From positions 1 through 49,293 of IMG/VR virus record IMGVR_UViG_3300037046_000058: a stretch of DNA of 49,293 nt; one strand, written 5' to 3'. The notes below the pieces were generated by a model. The model worked only from the letters and a program-made list of their open reading frames with translations, made no database searches and was not told where the DNA came from. Made by a program: the position numbers and the translations under genes. Below are positions 20,544 through 29,844 of this stretch, piece after piece (positions within the stretch are counted from its first letter, which is position 1; each line of letters begins with the position of its first letter). This stretch comes from a virus (Duplodnaviria; Caudoviricetes).

Positions 20544-20989
20544 TGGCGTTTTCACTTTTAGATTGGATATGGGACTTTTTCCGCAAGCCTGCTATCGTAC
20601 CTATCCCAACCCCTCAAAATCTCTCTGGCGTTGAATTAGGGCAGATTTTAAAGCCTTATTGCAGTAATCTCTGGTTAAGTGATGAAACATACTCCACGAT
20701 TAATAAGAAGGCATTGGAAGAGTTCCTGCGTGTTAATCCAGTGAGTGAACGGAAGTACTATACAGACATCCATGACTGCGATAATTTTTCTTTTGAATTG
20801 AACGGAGAGGTTTCTCTCTGGTCTAAAGGCGGGACTTTTGGTGTGGTCTGGGGCAATCGTGCCATTGATGATGCACCACATGCCTGGAATTTCTTCATAG
20901 ACGAAAACAAAACGCTTTGGTATGTCGAACCCCAAACGGATGAGTTGTTTTCTCCATCGCACGAAAACATCTGGATAATGATAATATGA
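20540..20989 (+). CDS. Papain/transglutaminase-like cysteine protease (Agglutinin_C/MOA-like)
   Basis: DCDNF (Cys), HAWN (His) and VEPQ (Glu) triad motifs. Confidence 0.75.
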   Translation: MMAFSLLDWIWDFFRKPAIVPIPTPQNLSGVELGQILKPYCSNLWLSDETYSTINKKALEEFLRVNPVSERKYYTDIHDCDNFSFELNGEVSLWSKGGTFGVVWGNRAIDDAPHAWNFFIDENKTLWYVEPQTDELFSPSHENIWIMII

Positions 20990-21168
20990 TCGAATGTTGC
21001 GAGGTCGTGTTGTTCATGGATTCATGCCGTCCTGACCGTCTCGTAGCAAACCGTATCCTAATGGTGACACGAAGCACTTATCTTATTGAAGTAGGGAGGG
21101 ACATCACACATGAAGATTATCTTGCAACACTTGAGGGAAGCGGTAATGCAGGAATCATCCGAGAATAG
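20986..21168 (+). CDS. Hypothetical protein
   Basis: ATGA-coupled small ORF. Confidence 0.4.
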   Translation: MIECCEVVLFMDSCRPDRLVANRILMVTRSTYLIEVGRDITHEDYLATLEGSGNAGIIRE

Positions 21169-21376
21169 TGGTTGTCGAAGGAAATGTGCGTGTCCTATCT
21201 GGGTGAATTGCAGCTACTATATGGATTTGAAAAGACAAGCTGAAAGGTTATCTCAGAAAGAATATAACTTCTCTGATTGGTATTCTACACGATTCCGACA
21301 GGACGTAACGATGGAATTCATGGGGAATGGATAATTCAAGCCCCGTACTTCCTGAAATAGTGCCCTGCATGGTAAG

Positions 21377-21862
21377 TTACGTCACCTTTATTGTGTAATT
21401 ATTTCCCATTCCACTTACAATATTCTCCGATAATAGATCAAGACCGTTGATAAGCACACCAGCACTGAGATTTACTATAGTTGTTCCTTTCCGTAATGGT
21501 TTCATATTAATTGTCATCAATGTACTGGATTTCGTTTGTAATATCGAACGGTCAAATAATACTGTGCTGACTACCATTAACGTTCCTGGGGTATCATTCC
21601 ATACATTCCACAGTTTTGCATCGTTCGTGGCATAATATAGAAAGTTGCCTTGACGTACCCAATTCACCTGTAATGCGGTGGGATCATAATTAAAAGTTAC
21701 CTGTGCTGTGCTCATTGGGGTTGCACTAGCCTCTACACTTACGATATAATTGATGTTGTTACTGAGATTAATACTTCTATTTACCATTGTGATATTTGTT
21801 GCACTTGCTGCTGTCGCTATTCCGATCAGCAACAATAAAATTAAACTCAATTTTCTAATCAT
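21377..21862 (-). CDS. Secreted cohesin-domain protein
   Basis: Signal peptide; AQVTFNYDPTALQVNWVRQGNFL and TLMTINMKPLRKGTTIVNLS match the archaeal cohesin pattern. Confidence 0.75.
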   Translation of the reverse strand: MIRKLSLILLLLIGIATAASATNITMVNRSINLSNNINYIVSVEASATPMSTAQVTFNYDPTALQVNWVRQGNFLYYATNDAKLWNVWNDTPGTLMVVSTVLFDRSILQTKSSTLMTINMKPLRKGTTIVNLSAGVLINGLDLLSENIVSGMGNNYTIKVT

Positions 21863-22536
21863 TTTGATTCGCTCCGGTTGTAGTTTTCAGTCATGATGTT
21901 CCTGATTTTCTCTGCCGTAAGTTTCCCGATCCCATCCACTTCAATTAATTCCCCTATACCTGCACGGGCGATTGCCTCAATCGTGCCGAAGTGAATTAAA
22001 AGTGATTTGGCAGTAGATGTCCCGATATCAGGAATGCTTGATATTAGGTATTCAAGTTGCTCATGAACAGATAAATGACTTCGTTTCCCATGGTAATTGA
22101 CCTCGCGTTTATCCTCTCTCTGTTCCTTCGTGGCGATAGATACAATTATATTAGCGGTTCCTTGCGGATTTACACTGTATCGTATCGGGATGCGCATAAG
22201 AGCAATAGAATTTAAAATCCCGTCTACCGCGCGACCATCTATGCGCCGGGCGGTGAACATCTCGGCTTCATATCCTTCAATTATTAACAAAGGTCTTTCG
22301 CAGGAATGTGATAAATCGAATAATTGAGAATAAAGTTTGCGGTCAGTAAATAACGAATTGTAGAAATCCTCAACGGTCTTTCTCTCGACTTTGACCCTAT
22401 CACTCAGAACATAATCCCCCACTTCAAGAACTTTCAGTTCAATATCAATTCCGAACATATCTAATGCCTTGACTACAGGACTGCGGAGTTCACGTTGATC
22501 CACAATAATCTTAACTTGCTTTTGTCCTTCGGTCAT
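21859..22536 (-). CDS. ERCC4/XPF-family nuclease with HhH domain (Hef C-terminus-like)
   Basis: IIVDQRE…LEVGDYVLSDRVKVERKT catalytic motif; IPDIG and VDGIG HhH motifs. Confidence 0.92.
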   Translation of the reverse strand: MTEGQKQVKIIVDQRELRSPVVKALDMFGIDIELKVLEVGDYVLSDRVKVERKTVEDFYNSLFTDRKLYSQLFDLSHSCERPLLIIEGYEAEMFTARRIDGRAVDGILNSIALMRIPIRYSVNPQGTANIIVSIATKEQREDKREVNYHGKRSHLSVHEQLEYLISSIPDIGTSTAKSLLIHFGTIEAIARAGIGELIEVDGIGKLTAEKIRNIMTENYNRSESK

Positions 22537-23435
22537 CCTTTTCCTCTTAGATTATAATCTGCAATGTCAAATGACCAGAAGGCTTGCTTTCGATTCGCCC
22601 ATCGTCTAAGTTGATTAATCCTCTTTGTAGGTTTTTTGTCGATATTATATTGAACAAAGGGGTTCGTGTTAAGTTCTTTCAAATACCTGCAACGCCATAC
22701 GGCATCATCATAAGCTTGATCTGAATCACAGTAAACATAGAATTGCACATTTGATCTGATTGATATTCCAACGGATTTAAGAAGTTCGCATTTCTCCTTT
22801 ATCAAATCTGCCATGTTTGAATTATCAAATGCAAACCTATATCCTGCATGGAATTTAACATCTGCAAGCTTGGAAGCTACCTGTTCATCCAGTAAACTTA
22901 TATCAAGTCCCTGGTTAAAATCAACAGATAATCCCCGATCTTCACAGAAATCCATGACTCGGAAGAACCATACCTTATTCAACAGAATATTATTGTCTAA
23001 GAAAACAACTTTAGAATAACGATTATCACAAAATTGATCTGGGTGCTGCGCTATCCTAAACTTCCCTTCTTTCTGTGGGACAATACAGAAACCACATGAT
23101 CTATTACAGCCTCTTGTCGTATATCCTAAGCTATAATCAATTTCAGGATATAACTCATAATCCGGCTTCAGTAATTCGATATTTTCAGGAAGATGCGAAT
23201 CTAAACTATATCCTGATCCCCCTATGATAATTTCAGTGTCGGGGTAATAGAACTTCAGTGAATTAGCAAGTGTTTTATTTGATTTGAAAATTATAGATGC
23301 ATAAACCATATCAGGCGAATCTGTGTTGTTGAAACTAACATCATCCCCGATTGATTTGTGGTGTGCGGATATTTTCATCAATGCAAGGTTGGCTATGCGA
23401 CTATCTATATCGATCAGAAGTATTTTTTTATTCAA
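22533..23435 (-). CDS. Radical SAM protein
   Basis: TTRGCNRSCGFC (CxxxCxxC), LDNN and DFNQGLD motifs; TTG start. Confidence 0.9.
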   Translation of the reverse strand: MNKKILLIDIDSRIANLALMKISAHHKSIGDDVSFNNTDSPDMVYASIIFKSNKTLANSLKFYYPDTEIIIGGSGYSLDSHLPENIELLKPDYELYPEIDYSLGYTTRGCNRSCGFCIVPQKEGKFRIAQHPDQFCDNRYSKVVFLDNNILLNKVWFFRVMDFCEDRGLSVDFNQGLDISLLDEQVASKLADVKFHAGYRFAFDNSNMADLIKEKCELLKSVGISIRSNVQFYVYCDSDQAYDDAVWRCRYLKELNTNPFVQYNIDKKPTKRINQLRRWANRKQAFWSFDIADYNLRGKG

Positions 23436-23581
23436 AACAACCCCTTGCAGTTGCGCATATATCTCGCAAGCATTTTCTTGGTTGGCGGCAATGATGCCCT
23501 GACTTCCTCGACAACATCCCGGAATGTCGGCTCTTCGATGGAATCAAGAAGTTCCTGCGCTCGCGGGTTTAAATTTCGCAT
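23432..23581 (-). CDS. Hypothetical 49-aa protein
   Basis: Manually translated MRNLNPRAQELLDSIEEPTF…KGLF; fills the gap and overlaps the rSAM start. Confidence 0.5.
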   Translation of the reverse strand: MRNLNPRAQELLDSIEEPTFRDVVEEVRASLPPTKKMLARYMRNCKGLF

Positions 23582-23922
23582 GAACCACCAGATACGTCCC
23601 AGTCCAATTCTACATCATCCATCAATATCTTTATTATTTTCGCTGCGTTCCATTCTTCCATTGTTGGTTTGATAGTTATACCAAGCGATTCTGCTATATC
23701 CCCCAACTCATAATGACCTGAATCAACGACAAAATGCACATCACAGCAATAGATGTTTGGAAATTCTTCATCAAATACCGGCACGCTATCAAGATCAGGA
23801 TAGCACCAGCACCCAGATAATTTTCCACAATACGGGCAGTGCATCTTTGATTTATATTGCTTCGTAATACTATCGTAATACAGATTATCTGTATCAGTTA
23901 TTTTGATTAGTCCTTCTTTCAT
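23569..23922 (-). CDS. Hypothetical Cys-rich (Zn-binding) protein
   Basis: CPYC, CWC and CC motifs; GAGG RBS. Confidence 0.6.
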   Translation of the reverse strand: MKEGLIKITDTDNLYYDSITKQYKSKMHCPYCGKLSGCWCYPDLDSVPVFDEEFPNIYCCDVHFVVDSGHYELGDIAESLGITIKPTMEEWNAAKIIKILMDDVELDWDVSGGSCEI

Positions 23923-24299
23923 ACTCGCCTCTTGTTACATTTTAGACAAAGTGTTCTTTGTTCTGTTGATGCTACGTTATATTCTTGATACCACTTATCT
24001 ACTGACATCATGCTGTGCATACATAAAAAGCAGAAGTTAGTATCAATCATTTTGTTGTGCCTACCCTTCCTTTCTGTTTCGCGTGCGCAAGTTCTTTTTT
24101 TGTCTTTGCATATCTTCCGGTGTAATTATAATCGAATCGACGTGGATATTTCATAATGTCCTCTGGTTAGTTCGTTTTGATATCAGGTCACGTGATGCTT
24201 GTTTCAGTTCTTTGTATGTTGAACATGATAACGGATTCTCATGTGTCGGGCAGGGCAACCCACCCAAACATCGATGAGATAAATCAGGGCAACTATCGC

Positions 24300-24506
24300 T
24301 CATTTGTTCCTCAACACAGCATTTACAAGATCACATGCAATCATTTCAACATCAACATTCGAATAATAATCATCTTTTCCCAATTTCTTGAATCGTTGCC
24401 ATTTTTTAATCAAAAAATCAATATCAATACCGTCTTTCATTTTCAGAACAAGATATTTCATTTCGATTTCTGTTATAGATTTCTTTTCTTCTGTAAAAAT
24501 GCTCAT
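24300..24506 (-). CDS. Hypothetical protein
   Basis: Coupled small ORF in the minus-strand operon. Confidence 0.5.
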   Translation of the reverse strand: MSIFTEEKKSITEIEMKYLVLKMKDGIDIDFLIKKWQRFKKLGKDDYYSNVDVEMIACDLVNAVLRNK

Positions 24507-24660
24507 TTCTGCTCACCTGCGTTATGTCTCTTCACTATTTCGAAGGATGCACGGATGCACTTTATTTTTGATTCAAGATATGAAATGGATAAATCATCAA
24601 ATCTCACGAATCCTTTGAAATGTTCAAAATCCTCGAAGCGATATAGTTCACCGATTTTCA

Positions 24661-25002
24661 TTAGTGCGCCTCGGCTGCCGCCATAACCCACTTACATTTC
24701 TCAATATCAATACATGGTACATCGTGAATGGGATTCCAGGTGATGATCCAATACCGCGTGCCAAAAACATGAAACTGTGTGATATCTCTAATAGTCCGCC
24801 TGAATGATTTCATTGGGTTTTTCACATTACTAATTTCGATATATTTTTCTTCAGTTAGACTTTCTATTGCAAATCTAACCATATCCCTGATCTCATTCAA
24901 ATCATGAAAAAATCTAACTGTATTTGGTTTAATCCCGATTTCTTCCTTGAAATAAAAATCATCATCTGACTTGAAAAAAATAGTATTATTTCTGATTATC
25001 AT
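24661..25002 (-). CDS. ASCH/DUF3850-like protein
   Basis: FFKSDDDFYFKEEIGIKPNTVR resembles the ASCH GxKxxxxR motif. Confidence 0.5.
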   Translation of the reverse strand: MIIRNNTIFFKSDDDFYFKEEIGIKPNTVRFFHDLNEIRDMVRFAIESLTEEKYIEISNVKNPMKSFRRTIRDITQFHVFGTRYWIITWNPIHDVPCIDIEKCKWVMAAAEAH

Positions 25003-25299
25003 TTCGATCTCCCTTTCTTCTCAAATCGTCATAATCACGTTCAAACGAAGCAGTTAATAATCTCTGCAATTCCATTCGTTCATAAAAATTCCATGTTTTT
25101 ATCTGGTCAGTCCATGTTCCAACTACTTTATTTAGATCAATTATTGGCATTTTTCAATCACTCCATGCACTTTTCGCAAATGTGTTTCAGTCCATCCGAT
25201 TTGCATTCGATAGTCTCATTATCTGTGAGAAAAAACTTACCACATAGGTCACATTTTGTGAGTTCTTCCTCGCATTTATTACACACATATCGATTTACT

Positions 25300-25677
25300 T
25301 CACGAACTCGTGCCATCTTCATTATCCTGCTTAGCTTTCTGCACTGCATCCATCACATCTCTTGCACCTTCAATACCGAACTGGTTAATCATTTCGGCTG
25401 CCACTTGAACAACTTTGTTTTTACCTGAATGTTCAACCTTCACCGAGAAATCATCCAGTGTCGCATTTATCGGACTGATAACAACTCTCCGTGATTCGCC
25501 GACTTTCCCTAATGCCGTTTTGTCTTGCGATTCAAGTGTGATCTTGATATCAACAATACTGGCAACTTCTCCAGGGTGTACGTATCGCCCGCTCAGGTTC
25601 GCCCGGTACACTGTTGCGTCATCATCTGATTCGATTTTAGTTAATTTGTTTATAGTTAATACTACATTGTCGCTCAT
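25300..25677 (-). CDS. Hypothetical protein
   Basis: 125-aa ORF, ATGA-coupled, GAGGTG RBS. Confidence 0.6.
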   Translation of the reverse strand: MSDNVVLTINKLTKIESDDDATVYRANLSGRYVHPGEVASIVDIKITLESQDKTALGKVGESRRVVISPINATLDDFSVKVEHSGKNKVVQVAAEMINQFGIEGARDVMDAVQKAKQDNEDGTSS

Positions 25678-26033
25678 ATACCCACCTCATCGGTGAACTG
25701 GTCGACAGTAGGTTCACTGGTTTTCCATAGTTCAACTAGAATCTTGTTTGTTTCAGCATCGAATGCGTCAAGGTCAGGATGAACATCATAGCAACCACGT
25801 TCACGTATCTTGCCATATCCCGCATCTGCAACAGCTTTCTCTCGTTCGATTCTTATATTTTCTGATTGTCTTTGCAATGCCTCGATCTTTATATTGAATG
25901 GGGCTTCAATCCTCTCTCTTAATATCTCAAGAACCTCAACAACATGCAGTCGTTTTCTATCCCTTGAACACTTGATAAGTTCCTCTATTCTCTGCTTTTC
26001 TCTTAATGAAAGATTCCCTGATTTAGTTGTCAT
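25674..26033 (-). CDS. Hypothetical helical protein
   Basis: 119-aa ORF, GGTGA RBS. Confidence 0.6.
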   Translation of the reverse strand: MTTKSGNLSLREKQRIEELIKCSRDRKRLHVVEVLEILRERIEAPFNIKIEALQRQSENIRIEREKAVADAGYGKIRERGCYDVHPDLDAFDAETNKILVELWKTSEPTVDQFTDEVGI

Positions 26034-26039
26034 TGTTCT

Positions 26040-26378
26040 TCACCTGCCTTCATAATCTTCATGATGTTCGTCTGCTTCTGCCTCTGCTGCCGCTTGCTCT
26101 GATGCAGAGTGTGCTTCGGCTTCGGTTCTCTCACGGTCTGCTCTATCATTATCCTCTGCTATGCCTTCGGCTTCTGCCTGTGCATCAGCATCGAACTGAA
26201 CTTGGTCAGCGTCCGCTTCAGCGTTGGCACACTCTGCACGTTCAGCTTCCATCCTGCGCCGAGTTATCTCGTTATTTATTTCAGTCATGGAGAACTCTTT
26301 GATAGTTCTGACATCGATGCCACGATTCGCCAGTGCTTCGATAGAGTCCTTGTCGTCATAGTTTTCAAGTCCCATCAT
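26040..26378 (-). CDS. Acidic Ala/Glu/Asp-rich protein
   Basis: C-terminal half is dominated by A, E and D. Confidence 0.65.
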   Translation of the reverse strand: MMGLENYDDKDSIEALANRGIDVRTIKEFSMTEINNEITRRRMEAERAECANAEADADQVQFDADAQAEAEGIAEDNDRADRERTEAEAHSASEQAAAEAEADEHHEDYEGR

Positions 26379-27070
26379 TTCACCCTCATTTTTAATTCAC
26401 CATAACAAACAGTTCCATCTAATGTATCACAAACGATTTGTTTTTCTTCGTCTTTTGGCAGACGCCAGACACATAACCCTGCAAATATTCGCAATCTTGA
26501 TGAGAGTGTCTTGCAAACTATTGACAGGCCTGCTTCGATACCCCAGCCTGCTTCGATACCCTCGCCTGCTTCGATACCCTTGCCTGCTTCGATACCCTCG
26601 CCTGCTTTGATACCCGTGCCTGCTTTGATACCCGTGCCTGCTTTGATACCCTCGCCTGCTTTGATACCCTTGCCTGCTTCGATACCCCAGCCTGCTTCGA
26701 TACCCTCGCCTGCTTCGATACCCCAGCCTGCTTCGATACCCTCGCCTGCTTCGATACCCCAGCCTGCTTTGATACCCTTGCCTGCTTCGATACCCTCGCC
26801 TGCTTCGATACCCGTGCCTGCTTTGATACCCCAGCCTGCTTCGATACCCCAGCCTGCTTCGATACCCTCGCCTGCTTCGATACCCCAGCCTGCTTCGATA
26901 CCCGTGCCTGCTTTTGCAATAATATATCCTTTTGCAGATATATTTTTGCGGAATCGAACATATCCCAGGTCGGCTTCTATTTCTATATGCCCTTCGAAAA
27001 CAAGTCCAGCTTCCTTGTAGAAATTGTTTTCATCAAGGTCTGTTTTTGTTATTATTTTTTTTATTTCCAT
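26375..27070 (-). CDS. Hexapeptide-repeat (AGxGI[E/K])x21 beta-solenoid protein
   Basis: 21 hexapeptide units flanked by non-repetitive N- and C-terminal caps; GGGGTG RBS. Confidence 0.85.
   Translation of the reverse strand: MEIKKIITKTDLDENNFYKEAGLVFEGHIEIEADLGYVRFRKNISAKGYIIAKAGTGIEAGWGIEAGEGIEAGWGIEAGWGIKAGTGIEAGEGIEAGKGIKAGWGIEAGEGIEAGWGIEAGEGIEAGWGIEAGKGIKAGEGIKAGTGIKAGTGIKAGEGIEAGKGIEAGEGIEAGWGIEAGLSIVCKTLSSRLRIFAGLCVWRLPKDEEKQIVCDTLDGTVCYGELKMRVK
26528..26914. repeat. About 21 x 18-bp tandem repeat GCCTGCTT(C/T)GATACCCNN
   Basis: Read directly from the sequence; only two positions vary (one codon and one base). Confidence 0.97.
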
Positions 27071-28683
27071 GATCTCACCCCCCTAATATCCGTGCCACTA
27101 TCGGATACTTCCATCTTGGCAATCAATGTCTTATGCCCTACGCTGCGACTCCTGAACGCCCTGATGTCGCTCTTAGTTACTGCGCCTCGTTGAGTTATCT
27201 CTGTTTTCCATATCTCTTTGGCTGCAAACTGTGACTTGTCCCCAAAGGGTCTTATCAAATGATCTGGCGCTTTGTTGAAATCGCTTTCCGGTTGATTGAT
27301 TACAATCGCAATACTGTTGTTTCGGTATGCCCATTCTTTCAGGTCGCCGAAGATTGCAATCATGTTCAAGAGTGCATCACCCTTCTGCTTCATATTCATC
27401 CTGGCATACGCCGTTAGAATAGGGAAGCCGATTGAATCAACAATCACCAAGTCCACTTTAGGAAGTTGCCGAGTAATTGTGCTTATTTCAGAGATAAGCG
27501 GTGTATACTTGTAGCTGCACCCTTTCAGCTTTTCGACTTCTTCTTTTGACAGGTTCCTTTCAGTGTCCAGATAGAACACGGTCTTGCCTGCTGCAATTGT
27601 CTGTCGGGCTACCTCAACCGCAAACTTGCTTTTGCCTGTTCCGCTGTCCCCGAATATCTCAAGGACATCATTATTGACATATGATTTTAGATATTCTAAC
27701 AGACTGAATCCTGCCGTATCAATGATTTTCTCATTTGGTTCTTCGGGTCTGGCTTCACGTTCTTCAACCTTCGCATCTTTTGCATCTTTCGTTTCCTGAT
27801 GTTTCGTTTCATCATGTTTCTCATCACAATCATCACAAGTTGCAGGTCTCATCTGATCAAGGCACTCTAACGCCTTTGCGTGTGGTACTTCAATACCACA
27901 ATCATGACATTTTGGAATCTTCATTGGTTTTGTTTCTGGCTTTGCTGGTGTTGCAGGTACGTTCCCCGCAACTTTCTGATCTTCTGTTGTTTTCGTTGTC
28001 TCAGTTTCATGATTGCTCGTTCTATCTCCACATTTCTGACAATAGATTGCACCGTACTTATCCTGTAAATTTCGAAATAATTCTATTGTGCCATTAATTG
28101 TGACATTGCAGATTGGGCAGATTGCTGTGGTCGTGCCTTTCTTAGAAGTGTAAGGAGTGCCCACGGAAGTATTACCAGAACTCATAGGCCTCTGACCAGA
28201 AGAGCTAATGTTTTTATCCTGGTCGTCTTTCATCTGGATTAAGGGTTCCGCCTTCGTAACGTCTGTAATGGTCGCACTCGCTTTTTTGTCACCAGCACCG
28301 AGCTTTGATTCACTGGGTATTGTCCCTTTCATTACATCATCGTTCAGCTTTGTGCCTTTAGTCGTTTCCGTCTGATTCTTCAGTTCAGGGGCTTTATTTA
28401 TCCCCCCAGATGCGGGGTTGCTTCCCTTCTGTTCGGATGCTGGTGATTTGAATTTCATAATTGCTGCAACTTCGTTCTGTATGTCCTGTACGGCATTGAT
28501 ACCATGTCCTGTTGCATGAATCATACCCGCGATTGCAACCCCGACAATGGGGTTTTCGCCTCTAATATCAGCAGATATGTTCCTTCCATCGGGTATAATA
28601 TATAGCCCCTTTGTCATACCCTGTTCATTGAAGCCGCGCTTTACTAGCAATGCTTCAATCTTATTGCGTTGATTTTTATCCAT
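27061..28683 (-). CDS. RecA-superfamily ATPase (RadB/Sak4-like) with a long Zn-finger-containing N-terminus
   Basis: Walker A GDSGTGKS, YLDTE, Walker B LVIVDS and VINQ; four CxxC pairs in the N-terminal part. Confidence 0.8.
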   Translation of the reverse strand: MDKNQRNKIEALLVKRGFNEQGMTKGLYIIPDGRNISADIRGENPIVGVAIAGMIHATGHGINAVQDIQNEVAAIMKFKSPASEQKGSNPASGGINKAPELKNQTETTKGTKLNDDVMKGTIPSESKLGAGDKKASATITDVTKAEPLIQMKDDQDKNISSSGQRPMSSGNTSVGTPYTSKKGTTTAICPICNVTINGTIELFRNLQDKYGAIYCQKCGDRTSNHETETTKTTEDQKVAGNVPATPAKPETKPMKIPKCHDCGIEVPHAKALECLDQMRPATCDDCDEKHDETKHQETKDAKDAKVEEREARPEEPNEKIIDTAGFSLLEYLKSYVNNDVLEIFGDSGTGKSKFAVEVARQTIAAGKTVFYLDTERNLSKEEVEKLKGCSYKYTPLISEISTITRQLPKVDLVIVDSIGFPILTAYARMNMKQKGDALLNMIAIFGDLKEWAYRNNSIAIVINQPESDFNKAPDHLIRPFGDKSQFAAKEIWKTEITQRGAVTKSDIRAFRSRSVGHKTLIAKMEVSDSGTDIRGVRSWK

Positions 28684-28687
28684 CTTC

Positions 28688-28819
28688 TCACTTCCTCATC
28701 TTATACGGATTCTGCCCTGCGCTCTGCGGGACATACCCCTGCTTTCCCATCGGGAAATGATTGTGTGGTTTCTTTCTCTGTTTGTTCGTCTTTGCCCTTG
28801 AATTTGCTTTCTTCCCCAT
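28688..28819 (-). CDS. Small basic peptide
   Basis: Manually translated MGKKANSRAKTNKQRKKPH…KMRK (43 aa); GGAGTG RBS. Confidence 0.45.
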   Translation of the reverse strand: MGKKANSRAKTNKQRKKPHNHFPMGKQGYVPQSAGQNPYKMRK

Positions 28820-28822
28820 AAT

Positions 28823-29227
28823 TCACTCCAGTTTGATTGAGATGCTCGGTTCGCCCGTGGTCTCTGTCCTGAAAGCCCATATTTTGTCTTTGATATATGC
28901 ATCGGCATACGCTAATTTGTCAAGTGCATCAAGATTATAGCTTCTTCGAGTTGCGCCCCTCCTGAAATTGATTTTGCCGGATGAGCTGATGAATGTTGCC
29001 TTGCGTTCAAGCATCGGTATTCTGATCTGCGCTTCGAGTTCTGCAAGCTTCTCCAGATACGGTCTTGCATTCTCTTCTTTTTCTTTTGTTAGAGCTATCA
29101 AGTTTGCATCAATATACTTGCAGCGATCAATCATTTCGACTGTGATTTCTTTGTATTCTCGTAGCAGGTCGTTGATTATTATTTCTTCTGGTCGCATCTC
29201 CGCTTTGGCTTGTTCGTAACTTTTCAT
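28823..29227 (-). CDS. Gam/Gp157-like recombination-associated protein
   Basis: Coiled coil followed by SSGKINFRRG…EPSISIK; adjacent to the RecA-like gene. Confidence 0.55.
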   Translation of the reverse strand: MKSYEQAKAEMRPEEIIINDLLREYKEITVEMIDRCKYIDANLIALTKEKEENARPYLEKLAELEAQIRIPMLERKATFISSSGKINFRRGATRRSYNLDALDKLAYADAYIKDKIWAFRTETTGEPSISIKLE

Positions 29228-29231
29228 GATT

Positions 29232-29363
29232 TCACACCTTCTTCAGGAATACTTCGATTTTGTCACCGACTTTCAGGTTATTCGTTTCCATTATATCTTT
29301 TATAGCAATGCGCCCCATTACCTGAATGGTTCGCTGCCCACAATTTATTAATTCATCTGCCAT
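29232..29363 (-). CDS. AbrB/MazE-like regulator (43 aa)
   Basis: MGRIAIKDIMETNNLKVGDKIEVFLKK; GAGGT RBS and TTTTATATA box about 40 nt upstream. Confidence 0.7.
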   Translation of the reverse strand: MADELINCGQRTIQVMGRIAIKDIMETNNLKVGDKIEVFLKKV

Positions 29364-29844
29364 GTTTTACATTACCTCATACCCTAATAGTATTTATTAG
29401 TATATAAAAGTATTGTTGATACTTATTGTTTTCGGTGAGGCTTCGCACAAGCCCGCAGGCGCAGTGCGGAGTCCGTTACCAACATTCATTATTTCAAACC
29501 TCTCGAATTGTTATATTTTCTGGAGAGACGTTAAACGTAAACATACATATTACCTCAATATTCGTAATGCTGTCCTCATGGGGTGCCCTGTAATTGCCAA
29601 TCCGACACGGATACGCACCGCGTCGGATTTCGTACCGTTTTTCCTTCTTTTTTTCCTCGTAGGAGGTAAACTATGGTTGATCTGTGGTCATGTTTCATGG
29701 TGCCAGAGTATAGAGCCTGGTCATGACCTGTTTTTTGGATGAATATAATGGGCGCAGGGATGGGGGTTAGTGGGGGTTTTAGAAAAGATTTTCCCTGCGC
29801 CTTGATCCGGTAAGTATAAGGAATGATTCGAAAACTTACCGGAA

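Noticed and set aside
21302-21383. 8-bp inverted repeat GACGTAAC/GTTACGTC at the convergence of the two operons
   Set aside because: It is short, widely spaced and lies within coding ends, so it is compatible with chance.
26528-26914. Possible CRISPR array
   Set aside because: The units are contiguous 18-mers with no unique spacers, lie inside a CDS, and no cas genes are present.
26511-27020. Plus-strand PASIP-repeat ORF and minus-strand VSKQAR ORF (26518-26961)
   Set aside because: These are shadow frames of the stop-free 18-bp repeat. Only the AGxGIE frame has an RBS, coupling to neighbours and sensible caps.
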